Below are positions 28,153 through 36,765 of a stretch of 64,000 nt of DNA, in pieces. Position 1 is the first letter of the stretch; each line of letters opens with the position of its first letter. The DNA lies in UHGV virus genome UHGV-0212524; one strand, written 5' to 3'. The notes beneath the pieces were generated by a model. The model searched no databases, was not told where the DNA came from, and worked only from the letters and a program-made list of their open reading frames with translations. Source of the stretch: a virus. Position numbers and translations under genes: made by a program.

Positions 28153-29040
28153 TTAAATATAATCGATGGCGAATAAAGGATCTTCGTCGAAGTTAACACC
28201 GGGTTTTAAAATCAGTGGCGAATTATACGCTTCCAGTAAACGGTTAAGTTCGTTGTAGCGGCTATTCATCCGTTTGAGGTCTTCTAAGGTCACAACACGG
28301 TCAAGCATCGGCTTAACTGCTTCGGCTTCTTCGTCAGTCAGTTTAACTTTCGACAGCAAGAAGCTGACGAGTTTGGAAATGTCCGCTTCGGTAGCTGGGC
28401 TCTGACCAAAACGTACCTGAACCATATGCTGCATCCACGGTTTACGAATGCGTTTCGTAATCACGTGTTCGTCAGTGATGGCTTTCCAAACCGAACGTTC
28501 ACGAATCCATTCGAACTTATAGCTGTACGCCATTAAGTCGGCCAGATGCGTAATTCCGAGTTCTTGATAGCCTTCAATATCGATATACGGTTCCGTATCA
28601 AAATACTCTTTGGTATCTTTTTCAACCAACGCGTAATAGTTAGGGAACGCACCCAGGTAGTCTGGACTCCACCAACGACGGGCCATTGGTTTAGCATCGA
28701 GTTCTTCAAACGGTGTGAACATAAGTTCTAAGTCAACTGTATTATTTAACACACCGTCGCTAAAGAAATATTTACCGTCGATAAGTTTACCGCGTTGTGA
28801 GTTGTCACCGGTAAAGACAACGATGCTTTCGCCAACCATATCACGAATTTTGAACGTATTCTCAACCGTAAAGTTGTCACGATTAGCGATATGACGACCA
28901 CGCACTTTCGGCCATTCCCCAGGAATCATGGCAATTAAGCGTACATCATCAGCAAGATGGTGACGTACCGAATCAGGGGAAGAGATGTGAAGTGGATGAT
29001 TGAACGTTGTCGTATATGCAAGATGTAGATCGTTCTTCAT
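28153..29040 (-). CDS. hypothetical protein in the radical-SAM cluster (295 aa)
   Basis: Intact ORF between the peptide genes and the radical SAM genes; no motif recognised. Confidence 0.55.
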   Translation of the reverse strand: MKNDLHLAYTTTFNHPLHISSPDSVRHHLADDVRLIAMIPGEWPKVRGRHIANRDNFTVENTFKIRDMVGESIVVFTGDNSQRGKLIDGKYFFSDGVLNNTVDLELMFTPFEELDAKPMARRWWSPDYLGAFPNYYALVEKDTKEYFDTEPYIDIEGYQELGITHLADLMAYSYKFEWIRERSVWKAITDEHVITKRIRKPWMQHMVQVRFGQSPATEADISKLVSFLLSKVKLTDEEAEAVKPMLDRVVTLEDLKRMNSRYNELNRLLEAYNSPLILKPGVNFDEDPLFAIDYI

Positions 29041-29161
29041 TGATTACTCCAATTATTTCACGGGTAGTATCTTTAGCGTCTAGCTCAGACCCAACATAAA
29101 CAGCAGCTTTGTTATCAAGGATGGTTTCGAAGGGCTTGGTATGGAACCACCACCAGAAGAC

Positions 29162-29371
29162 TTACCTGCCTCCCCCTGCACCTTTACTACAGCTACCACT
29201 GCACGCCCAGCTACAACTCCCATTACAGTTATAGTGAGTTAACGGTAATCCTGCCAAGTTATTCGTTGAGGACACCGTACCCTGATTAGCAATATAGTTA
29301 TTCGCATCTGTGGTTTTAATGTAGCCTTCAACCTGACCGATTCTGTCTCGAATATTTTTGAGGGAAATCAC
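29162..29371 (-). CDS. Cys-rich leader-core peptide, short paralog (69 aa)
   Basis: Leader MISLKNIRDRIGQVE... then HYNCNGSCSWACSGSCSKGAGGGR; paralogous to the two longer peptides. Confidence 0.6.
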   Translation of the reverse strand: MISLKNIRDRIGQVEGYIKTTDANNYIANQGTVSSTNNLAGLPLTHYNCNGSCSWACSGSCSKGAGGGR

Positions 29372-29381
29372 TTCTCACCTC

Positions 29382-29777
29382 CTATCGTCCTGTGCACGAC
29401 GAGCAGCCACCGGTACAGCTACTGGAGCACGATGCTGTACAGCCGCCCGTACAAGTGCCCGAGCACGCATTAGCGCACCCACCCGAACAACTCCCCGAAC
29501 ACCCTGAACAGCTACTTGAACACCCTGACGTACAGTTTGCAGAGCATGAAGAACCGCAACCACCAGACGCGTTCCCTGTACAGCCACCAGAGCAACTCGA
29601 GCAGGTAAAGGAACACGTGCCCGCACAGTCATAATGCGCACGATTCCGACCACCGAACAGGTCCGCGTTATTCGTGGCCTTATTGCGGATGTAGTTCTGT
29701 ACACCTGTGGTGTTTTTCAGCGCGATACTATCGACGTTATTAAGACGTCTTACTAATTCAGCTAATCCAACCGCCAT
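29382..29777 (-). CDS. Cys-rich leader-core peptide, RiPP precursor-like (131 aa)
   Basis: About 48-aa leader then a core of about 25 Cys in a C-x2-3-C ladder (CAGTCSFTCSSCSGGCTGNASGGCGSSC...CTGR) with only Cys/Ser/Gly/Thr/Ala/Asn. Confidence 0.65.
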   Translation of the reverse strand: MAVGLAELVRRLNNVDSIALKNTTGVQNYIRNKATNNADLFGGRNRAHYDCAGTCSFTCSSCSGGCTGNASGGCGSSCSANCTSGCSSSCSGCSGSCSGGCANACSGTCTGGCTASCSSSCTGGCSSCTGR

Positions 29778-29786
29778 TTCTTCCCC

Positions 29787-30179
29787 CTATCGACCAGAGC
29801 AACCGCCGGAGCAAGCACCCGAACAGTTATGCGAACAACGCCCAGTACAACTTCCAGTACAGGTACTTGTACAACTGCTAGAACAAGCCCCCGAGCAGCC
29901 AGAGCATCCCGAACAGTTGCCCCCACAGGACGAAGAGCAGCTACCCACGCACGACGCTGAACAGTTTCCTGAACAGCTCGAGCAACCGTGAGTACATCCG
30001 TTAGAACATGTCCACGAACACGCTCCTCCGCAGTCTAAACGCGAAGGCGTCCAACCGGAAAACGAATCTGCCGCGTTATGCGCTTTCGATGCGACCTGCG
30101 CATTGACACGAGGGCCGGTAGCGACTGTATTTTCTACTGTGGTTAACCGATCGCGCATTTGTTTAACACTAATCGCCAT
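29787..30179 (-). CDS. Cys-rich leader-core peptide, RiPP precursor-like (130 aa)
   Basis: Leader MAISVKQMRDRLTTVEN... then CGGACSWTCSNGCTHGCSSCSGNCSASC...CSGR; RBS aaggaag upstream. Confidence 0.65.
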   Translation of the reverse strand: MAISVKQMRDRLTTVENTVATGPRVNAQVASKAHNAADSFSGWTPSRLDCGGACSWTCSNGCTHGCSSCSGNCSASCVGSCSSSCGGNCSGCSGCSGACSSSCTSTCTGSCTGRCSHNCSGACSGGCSGR

Positions 30180-30203
30180 TACGCTTCCTTAAAATTAAAA
30201 TAG

Positions 30204-30235
30204 AGGAGGAACCAGCCATAAGCATAGTTCCTCCT
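30204..30235 (-). terminator. hairpin between the fibre gene and the Cys-rich peptide genes (terminator or attenuator)
   Basis: On the minus strand aggaggaac ...loop... gttcctcct followed by ctattttaatttt. Confidence 0.45.
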
Positions 30236-30244
30236 GTAATTAAA

Positions 30245-31450
30245 TTATTTCGTACCCGCTTCCGCCTGTACGTCATCACGAGACGTCAGGTTAGCGTTAA
30301 CGTGTACTGGGGCCTGAACCACACCACCGTATCTCTTGTGGAGATAACCGGTGTGCGGGTTATCTGCCGCGATGTGGTTTTGTAGGTTCTGGTTCGCTTG
30401 ACTGATTGCGTTCGTGTTATTGTTAACTTGCTGTTTAAGCGCATCCAGGTTCTGTTGTACCTGATCGATTTTCTGATCGGTTTCTTGACCCTGTTGCTCT
30501 AACGCGGCAACACGCTGAATAACCTGATTCAGTTTTGTGTTTAAATCGTTGATGCTCTTTTGCAGTTGTAACACTAACGAGTTCAGGTTCGCTAACGCTA
30601 AGGCCATTTTCTGGTAGTTTTGAGCAACCACGTTAAGTTGGTCGTTCCACGCTTCCAGAGAGTTGACAACAGCGTCAATACGCTTACCTAAAGCTTCGTC
30701 CGCTTTCTTCAGTGCATTGATTTCCGTAATCGTTGCGTCGATGGCAGACTGGACGTCACGAATAAGCGCACGGATTTCAGTTTCTGTTAACCCGTTAACC
30801 TGATGAATATCAAGATGGTGAACGTTACCGGTTGCGTTGATGTGTGCATTTAAAGCGTCTAAGAAGTCATTTTTCAGGCTTTCTAAAATCGCTTTAATGT
30901 TCTCTAACTGTACCGCGTCACCGGAACTGATCGCATCTTTAATACCCGCCAATACGGTAATGATATATTCAAAACCGTAGATGTCACCCACGTCTTTATA
31001 CGTCGGTGCAGATGGGAATGTATCCGGTACGTTACGCAGGTCTTTAAACGCAATCGTACGGTTATCGAGGTTTAATTCAGCAATCGCCTGTTCGATAGCC
31101 ACAATGTTCGCAGACTGTGGACCACCAACGACCTGCGCAGATACCGTAATATCTGTTGGAATCGCTGTGTTAGTGACCACCACCGCCATAACAATCTCGC
31201 GGTTTTTAGTCAGCTTTTCATAAGTCGGGTGTGCAAAAATCAACTCATAATCGGTACCACGTTCGTAGGTTGCATCCGGTCGGTTAGCAACACGTAAACG
31301 GAACGTGTCCGCAAAGAACGGGCCGTCAGGAAAAGCAAAAGCACGGTTTACTTTACCTGTACCTAACGTAATCTGACGCTCTACAGCGTTAGACGTTAGC
31401 GAGCCCGTTAAATCTAAAGGATATTGATAAACAATGGAGGCCATGGCCAC
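30245..31450 (-). CDS. short coiled-coil fibre protein with shared fibre N-terminal anchor motif (401 aa)
   Basis: N-terminal FPDGPFFADTFRLRV...GTDYELIF matches the anchor motif of the three large fibres; the C-terminal 200 aa is heptad-rich (LNSLVLQLQKSINDLNTKLNQVIQRVAALEQQ). Confidence 0.65.
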   Translation of the reverse strand: MAMASIVYQYPLDLTGSLTSNAVERQITLGTGKVNRAFAFPDGPFFADTFRLRVANRPDATYERGTDYELIFAHPTYEKLTKNREIVMAVVVTNTAIPTDITVSAQVVGGPQSANIVAIEQAIAELNLDNRTIAFKDLRNVPDTFPSAPTYKDVGDIYGFEYIITVLAGIKDAISSGDAVQLENIKAILESLKNDFLDALNAHINATGNVHHLDIHQVNGLTETEIRALIRDVQSAIDATITEINALKKADEALGKRIDAVVNSLEAWNDQLNVVAQNYQKMALALANLNSLVLQLQKSINDLNTKLNQVIQRVAALEQQGQETDQKIDQVQQNLDALKQQVNNNTNAISQANQNLQNHIAADNPHTGYLHKRYGGVVQAPVHVNANLTSRDDVQAEAGTK

Positions 31451-31484
31451 TCTCCTTTATTCGAGACGTCCTTGTCTCGAGTCA

Positions 31485-34400
31485 TTAAGATGTAAACATA
31501 AGATTGAACTGGAGTTTGTCGATATCGCGAGTTTCCGCCGGATTCACGGCATCGTACGCGGTCGCTACGTAAACGGTTAGCGTACCGTTAGCGTAAGACG
31601 ATTTCACCGGTGGGTTAGTTCCGGTCTGACCATCTCGGACAATGAGCGTAGGTTCACTCGGGAGATTGTCAAACTGACCCTTGACCGCTTTATACACCAA
31701 ACCAGATTGCGCAGCCAGTTCAGTGTCCGTAAAGACAAAGAACGGTGTGTCGATATCAGCCTGCTTGACGATGGTGTTCGATTCAACGTCAATCAACTGT
31801 ACCGCCCCAAACTTCGTACGATAACTTTCATACTCGTTCTTCGGAATAACGAACGTGACATGAACACGAACCTCCTCGGCAGGTTTAAACCCACTGTGCT
31901 CTTTTTCCAGGTACTGGTTGGCGGTTAACGTTACCGTTTGTTCAGTCATCGTACCACCGGCCTGGTTTAATGCATACCGAGCTTCAACAATACCGGTTGG
32001 TGCAGCAAGTCGTAGTTTCAGAGCACGATTCGCCGTTCCTGGATTACCTGGCACCTGAACACGCAAACTCAATGCTAAGTAAGCATTCGTTCCGGTAGTC
32101 GGTTTCGTATACGCACCAATCCATTTCATGTTCGCAGACGCTGCCTGCATGTTCTCAGAAGCAGTGGCTGTCGCAATGTTAGCAGCTACCGCTTTCTGCC
32201 AGAATTGGTCAGCGCAGTTCTCATACGCTACCCTGGCCACGCTCTTATAACCCGAATACGTTTCCTGAATTGGTAACTTAGGACGCGTCGTAATGCCGGA
32301 CAGTGAACCCCATTTCTGACCGTCAACATACCCTTCACCTTTCGACGCAGACGCCGTAGGTGCTTTAACGGGCTTGTTAACCAGTGTTAATAGAGGACCC
32401 GTCTTTCTGTCAAACGCTGCTGCTACATCGTGTTGGTCGATAATTGCTGCGTGGTCTTCCAGTTCTTTCACACGACCCAAACGTTTTACTTTGTCGATAC
32501 TGATACCAGTAATACGGCTGGAATCGGTGGTTACTGTCCCAACGAACAGTCTTGTTGAGGTATCGGCTAACTGCTCCAAACCGATGCGGTATTGCGCGGT
32601 AGAACCCGACACCTCAGCGTGCACGTAGAACGTCTGGTTAGCGTGATTGGATGGGAACTCACTGCTTAAATCCACAGACCACGTTGGGAGTGTGTAACTG
32701 CTGCTACCGAAATCTAATTTGACTTCTTCTGTCAAATACAGAATCCAACCTTCCGCTGTTTCCACACCGGCAATAATAACCGCCTGACCTCCGGTTGAGA
32801 ACGTCGTGTCGTTAACGAACTCTGCGGCTGTATACGCGTTACCTGAACAGAAAACACGGTCAGCTTTAGAGTAAATCAACGCCATCTTGTCCCAATCACC
32901 GGCACCCATATAGCACCCAGATTCTGGTCTATGTTCAGGGGCCATCTGCCGTAACTGTGATTTACCTGCAACGCGTGTCCAACCTGAACCAGGGTCGAAG
33001 GTATATTTAGCAGCGTAGCCCAGGGCGTTTAAGTCCCCGATATTTCGGGTAGTTAACGTATAAGGTAACCAGATACCGAAGTTAGTTCCATCCGCAGATG
33101 CAAAAATAGGCTGCCCCACGCGCCTCGTTTTACCTCCCGCTCCCCCATTTAGTGACTGATAACTTAAACCATAATCGAGGTCTAAGAACCAGTCCACCAA
33201 CTTAAAGGTGGCTGAGTTGAAACGTAAGTAGCCGTTCTCTTTAGATGGGCTCACCATGAAGTAATAGATGTCAAGAATTCGACGTCCGTTACTTGAGGTT
33301 TTCATGCACGAAACTTGCAACAAGTCAAATTCGCACACGGTGTTGATACCCAACATCCAAAGAGCAAACAATGCATTACCGGTTTGATGTGCAGCACTAA
33401 TACGTTCGTTCGCGTAACCATTTGCTTGACCAGATGGCGCACCGTCAACGATCATCCGAATCATTTTCTGCCGATCGGCTTCTTCTAGCGTTAAGCGTTC
33501 GGAAGACAATGCGAAGTTACCGTAGATGTTACGATACGGGAACGTTTCTGCTTTGGTCAAATACCAGCCGTTCAACTGTCCATGACGCTCCTCAGGGATC
33601 ATGCACGCAGCCATACAGCTAAGCTGCTCGTAAAGCGTTGGATCGACTTCACGACGGTTGTTGTTCGGACCGTACCCACTATACCCAGAAACATCGTAAG
33701 GTTTGTTCGGATCAACTTCCACTTCGATCGTGTAACGGTTACGAGGGTTCGATAACCAGACCTTATTCGAACCACCAATCCCTACTGGATAAGACAAACC
33801 GATGGTGTAAATGGAGCCACGGCCTTTATCCCAGGTAAACGTTCCTTCGCCCGAGGTGTTGTTTGGGTTATCGTAACGCAGATAATCGAAAAGCTCTCTG
33901 CCTTGTGTACTCTTAATAGAAACATTAGGCATTTGGTCCGCATCGGCAATTTGCCAACAGGAAAGCATCATTCCTGTACCGTTGGGTTTAGCATACGTCG
34001 CGAAACAACGGTTGTTTGCCTGGCCACCACCCCACTTACGATTGGTTCCTACAGTTGAACCATCTGCGAACGAGAGTGTAGTAGTAGCATCAGCCTTGAT
34101 GGGGAAGCGTTCGCGGCCTTCTAACGTAACCTTGCCCGTCAACGTATCGATTGTAAAACTTGTTGCCCATTGAAGGAAATTAATCGTCGTACCGTCGGCC
34201 GCTGCAAACCACACGGTAGGCATATGGTTCACACGAATCACGCTATCGCGCACAGCACACGCGTGGTTACATTCTGGACCGTGAACAAAGTTACGCCCGA
34301 TCGTCCATTTAGCACGACCCTCCGGTGTGAGATATGTAAAGAATTGACCCGTTTGCGACTCTTCGGTTTTCTGACCAATACGCAAGCAGAGGTTATCTCC

Positions 34401-36671
34401 GAATTGTCCCATCTCGCCGGTTAGAGTTACACGTTCAAATTCTAACGTAGTGTTAGTAGACAAATCGGCCTTACGTAGACGCCAAGCTGCTACGGCGTAA
34501 GCGGAGTTATTTACCGTTGAACGGAGAAGATAAACGTAGTCCTCAACCAACACGACATCGTCAGCTTCCGGCCACGGGTTCCAGGTTTGTTCCACAGTAC
34601 CACTGGGGTTGCCGTTACGGTACACGGGCATCGTAACGCGACATACCACCGTGTGCTTAGTGTGGTCCATCGAGCCATTAAACAGCACCAAATAACGGTT
34701 ATTGTCAGAACCCAGGCAAATAATCGCTTCCTGGCCACCGATCAATATCGCTATTAGGGTCACCCCAGGATATTTACTCATCCCGGCAGGGTGATATTTC
34801 ACTGAGGTCTGCTGCGGATTTACAAACGCGTTTGACGTGTCAATGTCAGCATAGCCGTAATAAATAGCTTCCGTACCCGGCACGCCGTTAGAACCGTTAC
34901 GGAGCGAATAAACCTTACCCTGCTGATACCCAACAACCCCTTTCTGGTAGGACTGGTTTTTGGTATAGCCTGCGTAGTTACCTAACGCTGGGATAGGTAA
35001 GAAGTTCTTGTTACCGAATTTCGCTCCACCTACCGTCCACGCCGGTAAGATGGTATTCAGTTTATCAGAGACCTTCTTAATCTCTTTTGCGAACAACCAG
35101 CCTTGACGCGACGTGACAGCTTTATCGTTAGTGGTGTCAATTGCATCCCAGAGCTGTAAGATACCGTCAACCGTTGCACTACCAATCGGGACGTTATCCA
35201 AGTCAGCAGTGGTGTGGGTGTGCGTTTTCAAACTCTTGTTTTTCAACACGTTCGTTAACGCTTTTGTCACAGGCTTATCACTCGGTATGGTGTTATCCAT
35301 CTTATCGATACCGAAATCGGTTTTCGTTAAGGTTAACACCATATTGTCGCCTGTTTTAACAAACCCTTTACCGTTAACGGTATAGTCATCGTCAACGTAC
35401 AAGTCCAAGCGGTCTTTTAATTCTGTTACAGCTTTCTGGGAGATAGCAGTACCTAACGCCGCAGACGTAGAGATATTCGTAATCGAGAACAACCCATAAA
35501 CTGATTCGGACGCCGTGGGAATATTCGCGTTTAACGTAACCGGGTTAGTCTGTTTTGCGGTACCGTACGGTTTTACAGTGTCTGACGCTTTGAAATACGC
35601 GTTTGCTTCAAGCAACGTTACTGACGTCAGATACATGTTCACCATTTCTGGTGTAACCAGGTACACGGAGTTATAAACTGGCGCTAATACGTCCTGTTCC
35701 GACCCCGAGTGAACCCAAAGCGTATTCAGACCCGCACTGAATTCAACCGCTAAACCCGATTCGTTGTTGTCCTGGTCTGCTTTAATCACCAACGGTTGTG
35801 GCGAGGTAATTAACCACTTATCACCACGAATACTGATGATGTGGCCACCTGACGTTTTAAACGTTAATTCATTACCGTTCGTGGTACCCCATCGACCGTA
35901 AACGGTGCCGAGGGCTTCACCCATTAACTGGTCAACGTCCGATTGCTCAATACCCGCTGAACCCATCAGCGTAGCCAACTCGTCAATCGTCAACCCAAAC
36001 GCTTTTGTAGCGTCAACAGCACGACCTAATACCGGGAGAGCAGCAATGTCATCAGTGGTATAATGATGCGCGTTAGGGTTACGGTGATGCTGGTATAACT
36101 CTTCGTCGAAAACCTTTTTACCGTTCTCGTAAATCAAGTTAGTGACTTCACTGAACGCAGCATCTAATTCCGTAGAACGTTTGATGATTTTCTTGCGAAT
36201 GTCTTCTAACGCCTTAACAACCTCATCCCTCAGAATCGCTTCTTCTAAGTTAGCAGGCGGGTCGATAGGCTGAATAACCGGCGCATACGCCATTAGTTCA
36301 GACCAGTCCACGTTACGTGGGTCTTTCAGGTCAGTACGAACTAAGAACTTCCCGATTTCAGATTGCGGTACACGGTATTGACGTGCTACCCCTAAAATCT
36401 CATATTCGATTTCTGTTGCAGTAAGCAACATAAACCCGCCGTAAATCTGATCTTGTTCAGCTTCTGCGAGTTCTTTAAAGTAATAGCCTAAATAGTAGTC
36501 CAACCCCTCAATCAGAGTACGACGTCCGTTAGGCGCGGTATCGTCGGCTACTGTGAGTTTTAATCCGATACGATAAAAAGGTCCTTCAGGCGGAATGACC
36601 ACGTTAAATCGGTTAGGGTACGTCGCTGTGCTTAGCGTACCGTTAAACTGCGCCGCGTCTTCTCTCGGCAT
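31485..36671 (-). CDS. large tail fibre or tail spike protein (1728 aa)
   Basis: N-terminal anchor motif PPEGPFYRIGLKLTV...GLDYYLGY shared with neighbouring fibres; size and position in the structural block. Confidence 0.7.
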   Translation of the reverse strand: MPREDAAQFNGTLSTATYPNRFNVVIPPEGPFYRIGLKLTVADDTAPNGRRTLIEGLDYYLGYYFKELAEAEQDQIYGGFMLLTATEIEYEILGVARQYRVPQSEIGKFLVRTDLKDPRNVDWSELMAYAPVIQPIDPPANLEEAILRDEVVKALEDIRKKIIKRSTELDAAFSEVTNLIYENGKKVFDEELYQHHRNPNAHHYTTDDIAALPVLGRAVDATKAFGLTIDELATLMGSAGIEQSDVDQLMGEALGTVYGRWGTTNGNELTFKTSGGHIISIRGDKWLITSPQPLVIKADQDNNESGLAVEFSAGLNTLWVHSGSEQDVLAPVYNSVYLVTPEMVNMYLTSVTLLEANAYFKASDTVKPYGTAKQTNPVTLNANIPTASESVYGLFSITNISTSAALGTAISQKAVTELKDRLDLYVDDDYTVNGKGFVKTGDNMVLTLTKTDFGIDKMDNTIPSDKPVTKALTNVLKNKSLKTHTHTTADLDNVPIGSATVDGILQLWDAIDTTNDKAVTSRQGWLFAKEIKKVSDKLNTILPAWTVGGAKFGNKNFLPIPALGNYAGYTKNQSYQKGVVGYQQGKVYSLRNGSNGVPGTEAIYYGYADIDTSNAFVNPQQTSVKYHPAGMSKYPGVTLIAILIGGQEAIICLGSDNNRYLVLFNGSMDHTKHTVVCRVTMPVYRNGNPSGTVEQTWNPWPEADDVVLVEDYVYLLRSTVNNSAYAVAAWRLRKADLSTNTTLEFERVTLTGEMGQFGDNLCLRIGQKTEESQTGQFFTYLTPEGRAKWTIGRNFVHGPECNHACAVRDSVIRVNHMPTVWFAAADGTTINFLQWATSFTIDTLTGKVTLEGRERFPIKADATTTLSFADGSTVGTNRKWGGGQANNRCFATYAKPNGTGMMLSCWQIADADQMPNVSIKSTQGRELFDYLRYDNPNNTSGEGTFTWDKGRGSIYTIGLSYPVGIGGSNKVWLSNPRNRYTIEVEVDPNKPYDVSGYSGYGPNNNRREVDPTLYEQLSCMAACMIPEERHGQLNGWYLTKAETFPYRNIYGNFALSSERLTLEEADRQKMIRMIVDGAPSGQANGYANERISAAHQTGNALFALWMLGINTVCEFDLLQVSCMKTSSNGRRILDIYYFMVSPSKENGYLRFNSATFKLVDWFLDLDYGLSYQSLNGGAGGKTRRVGQPIFASADGTNFGIWLPYTLTTRNIGDLNALGYAAKYTFDPGSGWTRVAGKSQLRQMAPEHRPESGCYMGAGDWDKMALIYSKADRVFCSGNAYTAAEFVNDTTFSTGGQAVIIAGVETAEGWILYLTEEVKLDFGSSSYTLPTWSVDLSSEFPSNHANQTFYVHAEVSGSTAQYRIGLEQLADTSTRLFVGTVTTDSSRITGISIDKVKRLGRVKELEDHAAIIDQHDVAAAFDRKTGPLLTLVNKPVKAPTASASKGEGYVDGQKWGSLSGITTRPKLPIQETYSGYKSVARVAYENCADQFWQKAVAANIATATASENMQAASANMKWIGAYTKPTTGTNAYLALSLRVQVPGNPGTANRALKLRLAAPTGIVEARYALNQAGGTMTEQTVTLTANQYLEKEHSGFKPAEEVRVHVTFVIPKNEYESYRTKFGAVQLIDVESNTIVKQADIDTPFFVFTDTELAAQSGLVYKAVKGQFDNLPSEPTLIVRDGQTGTNPPVKSSYANGTLTVYVATAYDAVNPAETRDIDKLQFNLMFTS

Positions 36672-36765
36672 CGTAAAGACTCCTACTTTTAAATAAAATG
36701 GATACCCCTCCCCATTACAGGGAGGGGTTACCTACGGACACACAACTGCCCGCAGGCAGCCTGTC

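Noticed and set aside
29375-29991. ORFs 29392..29634 (+), 29707..29991 (+) and 29375..29704 (-) encoding Pro/Glu/Gln-rich or Arg/Ala/Val-rich repeats
   Set aside because: They are alternative-frame or antisense readings of the Cys-rich peptide genes; the repetitive low-complexity coding sequence keeps these frames open. The Cys-ladder frames have RBSs, conserved leaders and paralog support.
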